64,000 bases of DNA from Podarcis muralis (taxonomy: Eukaryota), in the NCBI RefSeq assembly GCF_964188315.1, contig NC_135663.1:32984001-33048000 (forward strand), written 5' to 3'. Below, one piece after another: positions 50,517 to 63,861 of the stretch. A program made the translations under genes and the position numbers. Numbering within the stretch: the first letter of the stretch is position 1; each line of letters starts with the position of its first letter. Under the pieces are notes generated by a model. It was not told where the DNA came from and did no database searches. It saw only the letters and a list, made by a program, of their open reading frames with translations.

Positions 50517-50821
50517 CAGGGGCGTAGCTAGCTGCTCCGGCACCCACAGGGGCAGGGTGATCCACACACGGGGGCAGGGCGAGCCGCCCACGGGGGTCCA
50601 CCTGGCATACGCATGGAGTCCACCTGGCATACGCAAGCCCCATACTGCCATTTCTGGCAGCTCAGGGGCTGAGCTACTGCGTCACTCCCAGGAGAGACGC
50701 GTGGCTTGGGCGCACTGCAGGCCAGGCCCCGTGCTAAGTGCTGCCCCCCGTGGTGTGTCATTTTGTGACCCCCTCAGGGATGACACCCAGAGCAACCCGC
50801 ACCACCCTTCCTACATCACCG
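50517..50821. mobile_element. GC-rich hAT non-autonomous element
   Basis: Starts caggggcgtag and ends ctacatcaccg (decayed TIR). Perfect 8-bp TSD ctgtacag (50509-50516 / 50822-50829). Internal tandem gtccacctggcatacgca x2. Confidence 0.8.
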
Positions 50822-51140
50822 CTGTACAGCAGCCTTTGGGTGAATCGGAGACACTGCTGGTCTCCCCCCACCCTTGTTCCCAACACAGATCTTTATTACC
50901 GTACCTCCTTGTTCCTGATGCAGATCTTTACTCACCCCTTCTTCCCTGGCAGAAGCTGGCATCATTTTGTCGTTCACAGCATCTGCCCAAATGTATTCGG
51001 CTGGCTCTAATTATCTGTGTCTTTGTAGATAATCTTCTGTGTGACATGCAAGAGCATATTTTGACAGCTTTCTCAAATTTAAATTGTTTTAGAATTTGAG
51101 TTTGTTAATAAAGTTCATGAGACTTTGTGTCCTCTTATGG

Positions 51141-51276
51141 CAGTGATGGCCAAACTTGGCCCTCCAGCTGTTTTCGGACTATAATTCCCATCATCCCTGA
51201 CCACTGGTCCTGTTAGCTAGTGATGATGAGAATTGTAGTCCCAAAACAGCTGGAGGGCCAAGTTTGGGCATCACTC
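51141..51276. mobile_element. Palindromic hAT MITE (136 bp)
   Basis: TIRs cagtgatggccaaacttggccctccagctgtttt / aaaacagctggagggccaagtttgggcatcactc; 8-bp TSD tcttatgg / tcctatgg. Confidence 0.9.
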
Positions 51277-51616
51277 TCCTATGGGGATATAAATCAATGG
51301 TTTCCGTGTACAGTTCTCTTCAACGACTTCAAAGGTAGTAATGATATACACTTTAAAGAATAAGTATGAGCAGGGGCAATGCATTTGTCCATGGGATAGT
51401 TATATTGTCATTTCTGGCTTATTAGGTCAAAGGTCTACTGAAAACAAGCAGTTAATCTAATGTAATCTCGTCAACAATGGAATTCTTCATTTAGATGATG
51501 TTTGTTTTTTTAGGATCTAGGTTTCTGAGATGAAATAGAACCGAGGTCTCTGTAAAATATCAATGGTAAGAAATCATGTTCCACTGTTTCAATTTAGCCA
51601 GAGTTTTATCCTAAAC

Positions 51617-51751
51617 CAGGGGTGGGGAACTTGTGACTGTTCAGATGTTTTAGGACTCCAATTTCCATTAGCCACAGCCAGTACGGCTAATGGTCAAGGA
51701 TGATGGGAGCTCTAGTCCAACATCTGGAGAGACCCAGGTTCCCAATCTCTG
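51617..51751. mobile_element. Palindromic hAT MITE (older copy)
   Basis: caggggtggggaac...gttcccaatctctg; 8-bp TSD tcctaaac / tcctaagc. Confidence 0.8.
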
Positions 51752-52992
51752 TCCTAAGCATTCTGAATCCCAGTGAACAAATGCCTAGCAATGATGGCTG
51801 TGCACACAATCATTTCCCCCCAGCAAGCTCACTGTGGTCCTACAGATAACCAGAGTAGCTCTTGATACTATAGAGTGCATGGTGTATATGTATATACAGA
51901 TACTGGGTGTTTCTGTTATGTTTTTCTTTATCACCAGAAATTAGTTTTTGTATGTTCCTGCATGTAGGTAGAAACAGTCTCAAGATACATTAAAAGCATG
52001 GGCCACAGGAATTTCAGGCTGCTTATAATGTTCACCTGCATCACATAGACACTATCTATCTATGTATGCATGTTCTCCTGAATGCTCTCAATACATTGCT
52101 TATTTTTGCTTCTGGCTTCAGCTCCTGATGCTATGCCAGAGCTGCTCTAGAGAGGTCCCTGGACCCACAGGGAGCTGCACCTGGAAAATTGAGGGGTAGT
52201 GGGACATGCACATGCAGAAACCATATTACATTTATTTGGTTCTATATTAATATTTCCTCCCCTAGATTAATCTTTGTCATGACCCTAGGGGCTTCTTCAA
52301 ACATGACCAATTTACTAACTGGAAAGTACATCTGTGTAGGAAGAAGCATGTTAGGCCTATGGAGGTGGCTATGCATTATAATGAGTAACAGATTATTCCC
52401 TGCACAGATCTTCCTTTTGAGTGGTTAGAGTATGAGCAAAGAGTATGTGTGATGTTTGTATATTTCTCTGTTTGGCTGCATATATAACGTATATCAGAAA
52501 AGACATATGTATGCATATTTTTCTTATTACACATAAGTAACATCTGTGCAGGAAATCTGTTAGGTTTGAAGCATCCCTAAGGTTTGCAGTGAAAGAACAA
52601 AATGTTTGAACTGTGGTATACAGACAGTTGCACAGTTTTATGTATGTGTTGACGTTGCAGGGATGAGTTACCAATATTTCAGAGAGAAAGCACCAGGGAA
52701 TTTTTTTAGGATCTGGGGTCAGAGGAGCTATTTTCAAAATTCAATAATTTGGGCCAATAGAAACACATCTGCCTGAGTTTGCAGATTGTCTAAAGTAGTA
52801 TTTTTAAATAAAAATCTCCATGTCATTGTGGAAGTGCTATTGCCAGGAATAAAGATAGCACTTCATTATGCCAGCATTAATCCACTTCGAACAGCTTCTT
52901 GAGACTTGACAGTACTGTTTGTTGGTTTCTTCAGAACAAAATCCAGTCCAGGTCTGCTCCAACTGAAGTCCTATTGAATTTCAAGGGAATTA

Positions 52993-53337
52993 AAGGTAAA
53001 GGTAAAGGTACCCCTGCCCGTATGGGCAGTCTTGACAGACTCTAGGGTTGTGCGCCCATCTCACTCAAGAGGCCGGGGGCCAGCGCTGTCCGGAGACACT
53101 TCCGGGTCACGTGGCCAGCGTGACATCGCTGCTCTGGCAAGCCAGAGCCGCACACAGAAATGCCATTTACCTTCCCGCTAGTAAGCGGTCCCTATTTATC
53201 TACTTGCACCCGAGGGTGCTTTCGAACTGCTAGGTTGGCAGGCGCTGGGACCGAACAACGGGAGCGCAGCCCGCCGCGGGGATTCAAACCGCCGACCTTT
53301 CGATCGGCAAGCCCTAGGCGCTGAGGCTTTTACCCAC
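52993..53337 (-). mobile_element. Sauria SINE, slightly 5'-truncated
   Basis: (aaaggt)n tail and body near-identical to 28040-28392; 9-bp TSD agggaatta (52984-52992 / 53338-53346). Confidence 0.92.
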
Positions 53338-53792
53338 AGGGAATTACTCCAAGGTAAATGGCATAGGCTTGCAGCCTAAAGTAGAGCACAGGCTTTTAAA
53401 TTAGCATAGAGCTGAATGTATTGTGGTCAAGTCACCTTTAGTTTTATTTCTTGGTGTGATTGATTGCACAGTTTTAACTTTTTATTAAGATTGGATTGTT
53501 CTCACTGTGAGTGTTAATGGGCAAGTGTCTGTTGATGTGCAGAGGAGAAGAAATGAGTGTCTGTCTCTCTGCGGGTGCTCACCTTATGCAGCTCCCAAGC
53601 TTCTCCCCAGGAATGTTTAAGTTATGTGAAAAGGACTTGCTAACTAATTCTTCTCAGAGCTTAGAGCATATTTAACATACCGTGTGCACTGTGTGCTGTT
53701 AAAATATGTAAACTCAAAAACACACAAGTTCAGTGTGCAATTCCCACAATCATATTTTATTCAGATTCATTCACCTTCCCTGAAATGATTAA

Positions 53793-53797
<5 letters not shown>

Positions 53798-53859
<62 letters not shown>
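53798..53859. repeat. Compound (TC)n(TG)n microsatellite
   Basis: Direct reading. Confidence 0.98.
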
Positions 53860-53860
<1 letters not shown>

Positions 53861-54543
53861 CTAAAGATCATTTTTTCCTCAGACAAAGCTAAACTATGCT
53901 TTTCCACCTGGGAACAGTAAGAGTCGAGAACAAGTTCGAGAAAAGCCTTGTGGCTGGTTTTGTTCTGCTAATGGCTGATGGATAAGAGACATTATGATGA
54001 TGGTATTGTCAGGATTCCGGCCATGAAGGCTGAGACAAAATATGGATTCAGACTGCAGATTAAGTCCAAGTTATCAATCCAATGGGTTGACAGGGTCACG
54101 ACATGCACAATAAATGCATCTGCATTGCCTCAGTGAAGTTCTGAGCAAGAGTCATCTGCCCAGAGCCAATCTAGACAGCACAATTTGCAAGTTTGAAATA
54201 TACATTTTGGAGAAGGCTTGAGACTGAGGCCAAGGTTTCTACCAATGGGTTAGAAACTGAAGATTCAACTGAGTTGGGTAATTATACAAAGTTGCCTTGC
54301 CACAGAGATGCATGATTGTTTAGACAAGCAGACTAGTAAAGCTAGTCCAGGTAGCACTATGACAAATCTACCTTTCTCCATGTTTGTTGTGCAACGATCA
54401 GGTTCTTAGGCCAGGAATTCAAAAAGATTTCAGTTCCACAGATACCTACCTCAGATTATGTCCATACACCCTTCTCTCAGCTGCTGCTAATTAAAGCTTG
54501 TGAAATTAGGAAAGCAAAGCACCAGTATTCTTCCACCCTAGCT

Positions 54544-54667
54544 CAGGGATGGGGAATGTGGCTTTAGACTCCAACTCCCACTGGCCTCATCCAGCAAGCC
54601 CAGTGTTCAGGGATGATGGAAGTTGCAGTTCAGCACCATATTGAAAGCTACCAGTTCACCATCACTG
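54544..54667. mobile_element. Degraded hAT MITE
   Basis: cagggatggggaa...ttcaccatcactg; flanks ccctagct / atctagct (6/8 match). Confidence 0.6.
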
Positions 54668-55844
54668 ATCTAGCTGCTCTAATGGTTTCCATTATTTGTG
54701 CCAGAACTGTATTAGAAGACAATCTAAAATCCATGAATTATATAGGCATAGTGATAAATTGGCCAAGGAACTGTATGGTGCCATATAGTAGCGCACTGTG
54801 TGGAAACAAATGTAGCACTAAACTGTATAGTAACAAGTGAAGTTAACCATTTGTTCGGGTTTTGTTGACTTCCCTAGGTACTATTAGCTGCCATATATAG
54901 GCTTTTGCTTATCAGCAATGAAAACATCGTAAAAAAAAAAAGAGAAAAGTTAGCCTACCAAACAATCTGGGGAGTTTGAAACAGTTGCATAAAATTGAGA
55001 ATGCAAGAGAAGATACCCAACTATCATCCTGATAGGTTATTCTGAAATACAATTGTCCAGACATTCTAGAAGATAATTGCAAATAGACTAGTTAGAAAAT
55101 GGCAGTAACAGTGCAAGCCTATGCATGTCTCCTCAAAAGTAAATGCTATTGAGTTTGGTGGGATTAGCTCACATCATGTAAGCATTTATAAAATCGCAAC
55201 CTTGAGGTGATAGGGGAGGCTTGGAATAGAGGAGTGTAGCATGGACCAAAATTTCTAATGCAATCTTGGGAACAGAAATATTTCTTTTAAAATACTTAAG
55301 CATTATTGTTTTATGACCCACTTATTGGGAATTGCTCTTCCATGGAGAATAATAATTCCAGGCCATATTGCAGCTGCAGCTCCAGTTACTTTCACCTTTT
55401 AGAACAGCATGGACAGATACTGAGTCAGTAAAAGCAAAGCAATAAAATATTCCACTAGAGGACAAAACAGCAATGACCATAAAGAGGGCCTCTTAGAACT
55501 TTAGACTGCTATATACAGTTTTGAAAGTGCGGACATTAAAGGCAGATGAGATTTTGTTTGCTTTTGTTTTGTAGCTGTTGGGTTTCAGCATTTAATTTTT
55601 ATTTTTTTACCTGTTCTTTCTTTTTCTGCTCCCCAGTTTCTATCTACGAGTGATTTCCCCCCCAAAAAACCATTTTAAAATAATTAAATAATGATTATAT
55701 TATTTTCACATTTCCCATTAGAATATATCTCCAAGCAATGCCAATATAATTTCATATAACATGATCTATTTTGACTAAATTGTCTATTCCAAAACTTTAG
55801 AAATAAATTTCCATTATTTGTTAAACAAGTTCTAGCCTTCATGC

Positions 55845-56303
55845 CCTTTAAAGCCCTATACGGCCTAGGACCCTCGTACCTACGGGACCGCCTCTCCTGG
55901 TATGCCCCACAGAGAAACTTACGGTCTTCAAATAAAAACATCTTGAAGGTCCCAGGCCACAGAGAAGTTAAGCTGGCCTCAACTAGTGCCAGGGCTTTTT
56001 TGGCTGTGGCTCCGATCTGGTGGAACACTCTGTCACAAGAGACCAGGGCCCTGCGGGACTTGACATCTTTCCGCAGGGCCTGCAAGACAGAGCTGTTCCA
56101 CCAGGCCTTTGGCCAGGGCACAGCCTGACTCCCTCCTCTGGCAATCTTCGCGGAGCTCTGGCCCAATGGTTGCCAGTGGCTTGAATTAATTAATTTTATA
56201 ATGAATGATTTTAGAGTGTTGTTTATGCTGTACTTTTGTACTGTTTTATTGTTGTTAGCCACCTGAGCCCGGCTTCGGCTGGGGAGGGCGGGATATAAAT
56301 AAA

Positions 56304-56350
<47 letters not shown>
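55845..56350 (+). mobile_element. 5'-truncated L2-clade LINE (ORF2 C-terminus, 3' UTR, (ATT)n tail)
   Basis: FKALYGLGPSYLRDRLSWYAPQRNLRSS...RAFLAVAPIWWNTL...FRRACKTELF resembles the L2 ORF2 end. TSD ttcatgc (55838-55844 / 56351-56357). Confidence 0.88.
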
Positions 56351-56354
<4 letters not shown>

Positions 56355-56384
56355 TGCATGGTGCACCACAATAAAAGGTTAAAT

Positions 56385-56715
56385 AAAGGTAAAGGACCCC
56401 TGGACGGTTAAGTCCAACTAAGGGGTTGCGGCGCTCATCTAGCTTTCAGGCCGAGGTTTGTCCACAGACGGCTTTCTGGGTCTTGGTGCAACAGAACCGC
56501 TTCTGGTGCAACAGAACACCATGATAGAAACCAGAATACACGGAAACACCATGTATCTTCCCGCTGCAGCGGTACTCATTTATTTACTTGCACTGCTAGG
56601 TTGGCAGGAGCTGGGACAGAGCAGCAGGAGCTCACTCCGTTGTGGGGATTTGAACTGCTGACCTTCTGATTGGCAAACCCAAGAGGTTCAGTGGTTTAGA
56701 CCACAGCACCATGCG
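56385..56715 (-). mobile_element. Older, rearranged Sauria SINE
   Basis: aaaggtaaaggacccctg tail; body ...gcagcggtactcatttatttacttgcac...; internal duplication ggtgcaacagaac x2. Confidence 0.8.
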
Positions 56716-59700
56716 CACATTACCCTCAGCCAATCATCAATAGAGAGCTGCTTCCCTTTTCTATTTAGTCCTTGCCATTTTCTCAGTCCTTGTCATTATA
56801 AGTGAATCAATCAATCACACATTCTCTGCAGTCCTTGTATCATTTTAAATACATCCAATAAAACCAGCACAATCTTGGAAGAAGCTCTCATTTAGTGGTT
56901 TACTTTATCACGTCCTTCTGCAAAAGAATCTTTCCAAAATGAGGCCTTCCATTTCAGTTTTCAAATTGTCACATTTCAACGAGATTGTCTTTTGTGACTT
57001 GTTGTAAGCTGCTTCAGGGAATCTAGACAGGAAGCACTACAGATTTCTATAACCATCCAAACAGCCAAGTAAGTAGACAAGAAGGTAAATAAGCGAACAA
57101 ATAATATACCTTAAAAGATGGCAGCAAAATTGCTATATAATTTTTCCCTGTCCCCCCAACATACATCTGTTAAAAACATACATTAGGCTGCAAGCTGGTG
57201 GTCTTCAGGAGGGCATCCCAGGGGACACAAGATTCTTCAGATCTCCCTCTTTGAAGGTGTAGAAAGAGGTCTGTTCTTAGAGAGGGAGGTCTAAATCTGC
57301 AGACCTCAGCACTAAAGCTGTGTCAGGCTCTGATGTTGGAGAGGGCAAAAAGGTGGGTGTTTTGCAGGCATGTCAGACGTTGCCGTGAGTACATAGGATC
57401 CAAATGCTCCCATAAGTGGTGGGGGTGAGACTATGCCAGCCCTGGAGATGGGTAGAGAAAGGTCTCATTTGTATATTCTTGTAGAAATGGGAAAAAACCC
57501 GCACAAGATTCCCATCTTCATAATATCCTAACTTTTATTTGTGTGGGTGGGTGGGTTGACCCCTCATCTCCTCTCATCTCTGCTTCTCTCGCTTAGCACT
57601 GTTTATTGAAGCTAACCTAAGCAGTTTTTCTCCAGGGAAAAACCAAAAGGTGTTGATTTCCTCCTGTTTTTAGGCTGGGTACCTTTCAGCATGCTCATTC
57701 CCACCTGCAGGAGCTGTTAGCACTTCAGTGGAAACCATCTCTGTGTGACTGCTTGTCACTCTTCAAGGGAGTGCTCTCCTTTTGTTCCCTGCCTTCCCTC
57801 TTTTAGATCATTTCCCCCCAGATTTCTCAATATTTAATAAATACATAATCAAGAAAATGCTTTCATCTATTCATTAGATTTTTGTAATGCCTCTGGAAAT
57901 GACTTCTCCCTTTGCATAAACTTGTCAGCAAATCTGTTTACATCATTCACAAGGAAAACAAAGCCTCTTTTATTTATTTTCCAGCTCAGAAACACTTTAT
58001 GAGATAGGTTGCACTTTTTTTCATGGATAATATTTTTTTCTGCTTGTATTCACTCTGGTACTACAAGCCATGCTGCACCCGGTAGCGAGGAATTCTTTTC
58101 GTAGGTGAGAGAAATAGAAGCATGCAGAACCAGATTTTAAATGATTGTATGGCAGGGGCAGAAAACCTTTTTGGCTCTGTAGGTCAGATCCTTATCCAGT
58201 CACAGCCTTGTGGCCCAAATTTAACAGGTGGGCAGAGCCGATAGGTGGTAGAGTAGAAGGATGCTTTCTGCTTTTCCCCTGGGAGCTTGCTTGAACAGCT
58301 GGTGCAGCAGGCTTCATTCCACTGTCAAAGCATGATTGGGAGTGCCTTTTAGGGCTTCCAAGTGCATGTGAATAAATGTATAAGTGTACAGCTCAACTAC
58401 TTGCGTACACAGGTACACAGATTGTATACCTGTTGAATGTAATATGTAAAAACCCCAGCATGTCTTATTGTCCATGCTCTCAAACCAGATTATTTTGGGG
58501 GTTCAAACCAAGGAAGAGGCGGAGGCTGGACGTGGTGCCTCCCGGCATCAGCTCACCGCCCTCACCCGCCTCTGCCATGCCATGTCGAAGCAGCACCATG
58601 CTTGGAGCCTCCATCTGCTGTAGCCACTGTGGCACAAAACGACCTGCTGAGCTGGGAGGTGCCGCATCCAGCCTCTGCTTCTTCCCCGCCGGAGGAGCTG
58701 CCCTCCAGCTGCTCCCTGCCTCCTCCAGCTCTGCTGACAGTGCTGTCCTCCCTAAAAAACTCTGGGAAATGGGGGGGGGGGGAGCAGAGGGAGCTTTGCA
58801 CCAGGGCGCTGGATATGCTTAAGACAGCCCTATGTGGAGTACACACACCTGACTAAATGTTTAAGGAAGATATGTAGCAGCCATTGACATCAGCCCTGGT
58901 GCACCATTTTCTGATCCTGATGTCACATTGTTTGCCCTATGAGCTTCTGCCGTCGCCTCCTCTCATAGTCATTTGGCACCCCTGCATTGCGGGGCCCTGG
59001 ACTTCTGCCCAACCCTAACAGAACTACTGGAGGGTATAGTGTGCTTGCTTCACCCCTGCCTTCTCAGAGCTACAGCTACAGTGAAAGATCCTTCTCCATC
59101 TTGGCCAGCTCTACATCCTTTGTACAGTATATAATGCCAAGGCCCAGCCTGACTAAGGAATCAGGAATTAACTCCAGTTCCCCCCTGGGTTTGCCCCACC
59201 CATAACCTTTGGGGAATTAGATCATGCTCATCCAGGTGGTCAGTTATTGCCTGCTCTATAGGACACAAATCACAAGGCAGCTTCTCCAGAGATCTAGCTG
59301 GAATGTAACTGGAATCAGTTTCCAGCCTGCCAAAGAAGACTGAGGTAAACTGTGTTTCAACAGAAAACGTTTCTTAGCAATGTGCATGTGTGCAATAATG
59401 CATTTTTTTATTTTAAAAAGTCATCCTCAATAAGTGCAGTGCACATAGTTTGAAAAAACACATGCCACAACTATCAATTAGGAGGTAATGGGCAAATAAA
59501 AGTGCTTCATGATAACCCACTAGAAGCCAGAGCCTATAGTGGAACTACTAAAGACTTTTTCAATTAGCGTTAAAACATTTAATGTTAATCCTGAGGGTTT
59601 AAAATGACTTTAAAAAGTCACTCCCCAATAGCATCGAGAGCTTTAAATCAACAATGCAAAATCAACTAGTTACTGCACTTACTAGCTTGGAACAAAACAC

Positions 59701-60762
59701 AGCAGTGATTATATTCCTTTAATTGTCCTTAAAGTCATTATTACATATGCAAGTACAATTTTCTGCTCTCCAGAGTCATTCCCTCATTACACTTTGTGAT
59801 TCACCAAATTGCACTATTGTGAATAGTGCCTGAAACCAGTGTCCAAATAGTATCAGGGAACTGCTGGGCTCCTTTCGCTGAGGTCAATTTAATTACATTG
59901 TGCATGACAGCAACCATGCCATTTGGGTATTGCCTTTGCCACCAGCAATTGACACCTGAGTGTTAATGAGCTAGTAATTAAGAGCTGGCACAGGCAGGCA
60001 CATTTTCATGCTGGAGACTGGGATCACCATGTGCTGCATCACGTTTGTGCTAACAGCCTTCAGTTATATAGTTCCTGGAATATACAAGGTTTGTGACATA
60101 TAAACATATTTCATTTGCAACGCCTGCTTTTCTGATGGTCAGACTAAACAATTCTGTGCCTCCCATGAGGAATAGAACCATCATAAACATTTTCTGAGCA
60201 CTGGATTATTTTGCTTGGTTTTGATTTTTCTCAACTTTGCATTTTAAAGCTTGTTTAAAGGTTAATGGCTTCAGATGATAATCTACCCCAAAGGCTTAAT
60301 TAATATTGGATGCCCCCTGTGCCAGATTCTGCTCAGTGCCAGAAAGAGACCCAGGTCTCGGGTCATAATAAAATCACTCCACAATTAGACAGAACCAACA
60401 GACATCAAACGAGACAGAGTTAATGCCCTTTCTCCTTTGCATGATCACGGACAGATGTCTTCTGCTGGGGTTGTACAAGGCCTAAACCAACTGCAAAACA
60501 GGCTCAGAGGCTCCTCCCAAAAAGAATGCAAAAAATAGCTCTCAGAAATGACAGTCAACATCTATCACAGCTCATCAATGCATTTCAGAGCAGAGGTTCA
60601 AGAGCAATCCGAAACTTTCAAATTCTATAAAAATGAGAAATAGCTGTTTTGAATGATCCTTACCAATAAGGGGGAGGGATCATTGAGAGTAAAACTAAAA
60701 CACTAGCACATTTGCAAGGTGGGGAAAGTTCTATACGGGTCCAGTCCCTATTGCACTAGTTT

Positions 60763-61012
60763 GGTGCCAGTGTGGTGTAGTGGTTAAGAGCGGTAGTCTC
60801 GTAATCTGGGGAACTGGGTTCGCGTCTCCGCTCCTCCACATGCAGCTGCTGGGTGACCTTGGGCCAGTCACACTTCTCTCTGAGTCTCTCACCTCACTCA
60901 CCTCACAGAGTGTTTGTTGTGGGGGAGGAAGGGAAAGGAGAATGTTAGCCGCTTTGTTACTCCTTAAAGGGAGTGAAAAGGCGGGATATCAAATCCAAAC
61001 TCTTCTTCTTTT
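60763..61012 (+). mobile_element. tRNA-derived SINE (Squam3B-like, lacertid type)
   Basis: A-box tggtgtagtgg, B-box-like gggttcgcgtctcc, core gggtgaccttgggccagtcac...cacctcacagagtgtttgttgtggg, and (CTT)n tail. Confidence 0.8.
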
Positions 61013-63861
61013 CTACCGCTAAGGGAATTCCCCCCCCCAAAAGAAAGAAATGCATGTCATACTAGGGTACTTGCAACCTGAAGTTCTACCTGTCATTCTG
61101 ATACCTCAAAATCCTACCTCTTCACCCCCACTTTATTCTGTTGCATTCACAAACCAGGCTTTCTAGCAAGAGTAGGGACTTTCAGGTCTGCCAGACCTCT
61201 ATTCAGCCCATTTGATTCTCCCCAGGCCGCACGCCTTCTTGACCCTGCTCTGCACCCTCCTTAAGTACTTTTGCTTTGTGCCAATGTGTCTTTGAGGTGT
61301 GATACTGCTGCTTGGTTGCTTGGATGCCGGATGGAAAGATGTAGGTGGTTATAGAAACATTTGACTTTTGCATGGGTGGGGTGTAGCATACTATGCAAAG
61401 CTAAAATTCACATCTATAGATCTGCCTATTCTTGTCTCCAACCACACTGAAAACAATGCCAGTGTAATTAGCTTCAACATCTTTTCCATATTCTTATTAA
61501 AGAGGAGAAAGAGAACTTACTATTTTCTGCTATTTTGTTCTGCTCATAGAAATGGAAGCCTTTTATATATTATAATGGGGCAGGACTCTCAGATGCAGAT
61601 ATTTAAAACATTTAGGTACCTATCTACATTCTAGGGCATTCCACAATTAAAACACAATAAAGTACAGTGTAATGCACTCAGCAGAATAAAAGCAAGACTA
61701 TACCACATGTTAGAATTATAAATGTAAGGTCACAAGGTTTTGCCTGGTATTGAAAAGAACAATATTAGTTCTAGGCAGGTCTCTTTGGGAAGGAAATTCC
61801 AAAATTGAAAAGGCCCTCCACTAGCATCCACCCTACTTCTGAAAGAAGCAGCACACAAAGGAGGATCTCAGCAGGTGATCTGAAAGCAGGTGAGAACAGA
61901 AGGTAGATCGGATTAGTTGGTAGATTTGTAGTAGAGTGTCAAGGATTTCATATTCTTAATTGTTTAACAATAGTTGACTTGGGGAAAATGATTTCCACTG
62001 TCCCTAAATTATCCTGCTGAAATGAAGGATTCTTGCTGGTAACAAGGAGGAGATTTTTGTACAGAAGGACGTTGAGGTCAGGTTAGTTCTACTAGGACTT
62101 GTAACAAACTCATGGATGGAGAATTCTTTAATCGTAAGCTTGCTTCTATTGTACTATGCTCTGATTGGTGGATCGTGAGGTTTTAGTAGTAAACACATAC
62201 ACAGCAGATCACACAAGCCCAAAGCCTGTCCAAGCCTGTGACTTAAATCATGGAATGCAATAGCCTAGCAGCTCAGTTCATGTAAAATGAAGCCTGCTTA
62301 TTTTACATGAAATGGAAAGAAAACATTTGCTAATGCTAGATGATATTGACCAGACTAAAAACACTTAGGGTTTTTTGAAATATTAGGTGCTTTTAAATAA
62401 ATAAAAAAATAAAGCCAAAAGCAAGGTTGGGGCCCTAGATCAAATCTAGAGGTGAAAATGAGGTTCTCAAGTCATAGTATGGGTTGCCTGTCTCTCAATC
62501 TGATATGCTGGAATGCCATTTTGCAGCTGCTGCTATAAAATGTGGGATGTCCCTGTACTTCTGATAGTGTATATATAGTAAAGGCAAGTTTAAAATGTAT
62601 TATTTATTAAAATTATCAACAAGACTTAAATCACAAGAATTTGCACTCCTTAGTATGGATGTGTACTAGCAATTCTTAAATAGCTCAAGCTGCTTGATCA
62701 CACTACTCTTTAGCCTCCCTTCAGGAGACCTAACAATATCCCAACGGGGTGGGGGTGGGGATCCCATTTAGGATCTCTAACAGAACCCCTCCATTCTCCT
62801 CATCTAGTGCAAAAAATATGCCTTGCAGCATGCCCTGAAGGTCAATAAACTAGCGCAAACCAAGAGAGAGATTGAGTTTGGGGGCCCCATTACAGCTCCC
62901 TTTTTATGTCAGAAGACTGACTCAAGGCAGTGGCTTAGCAAATCTCCCAGTCACTTTACAAACCCACATTCACCCCATCAGATGAAAAATGCATTAACTT
63001 TATTGAATCTTTAGTTTTGGGATTTACTTCTCATTTCTCATTTTCATCTTTGGGAAGAGTTTGCTTTTCGACTGAAGCCTCTGTAGGACATCCAGCCTTT
63101 TATATGCAGATTGGTATAATTATCCTTTGAAATTCTCTCAATTCCCAGTGGCTTAAACTGAGAACATGAAAGGGCAAATGTTATCCTGAGCTGAAGGATG
63201 GGGGGGGGGGGGGAAGTGGCACATACATCAATCCAAGATGAGATACAGAAATGAACAGCTCTTCTTTACCCAGCGATGGCAGCTTTAGACAGATTATTGA
63301 AGGAGCTATACTATCACAAAGGTTGTCTTGAGTAGCACACACTCGCACACAGAAAACACCCCTCTGCCTATGGATAGCCTTACCAATTTTTATCTTGTCT
63401 TTTTTATACCAGAAGGTGAATGGATGTTTAGTGAAACAAGAATAATAAACCATGTCCACTCCCTTTGATCTTCTCCCACATGTTTAGCTTTCTTCCCTTA
63501 AGAATGGCCCCAGGGGGGAATTCAGGTCTGGTGGTCTGGTGGTAGAATCATCTAGCTAAGCTGTCATGCAAGGAATGGCATCTCCACTTGGGTCTCTATC
63601 TGGGGACTGAGAGAGAAGCTCCAGAGCCAAGGCTTCATGTCCACTGAGATCCACATGACAGACATCTGGCTCCCCAGCTCAGAGGGCGAGATAGTTGTTC
63701 TGCTGTCACATACATCAAGCATCTGTTTAATGCATCCAGACTTGCAACAACATAAAAAAGGGAACAGAGTACAACAAAGGCAATTTATGCCTCTTGAAAA
63801 CGTAAATAGTTCTGGCTATTTAGGTTAGCCGGGACAAATGTTGCATTCCTCTTTTACAGAA

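Noticed and set aside
50365-51099. 244-aa + strand ORF, the longest in the window
   Set aside because: It overlaps a TSD-bounded GC-rich hAT element, resembles no protein family I know and has no splice context. GC richness explains the lack of stops.
55684-56355. 223-aa minus-strand ORF starting with poly-Asn
   Set aside because: It is the antisense reading of the L2 fragment; the poly-N comes from the (ATT)n tail.
58376-58856. Overlapping GC-rich ORFs of 84-148 aa
   Set aside because: Low-complexity S/P/A/G composition with no recognisable domain or splice context. Probably an unclassified GC-rich repeat, which I could not assign.
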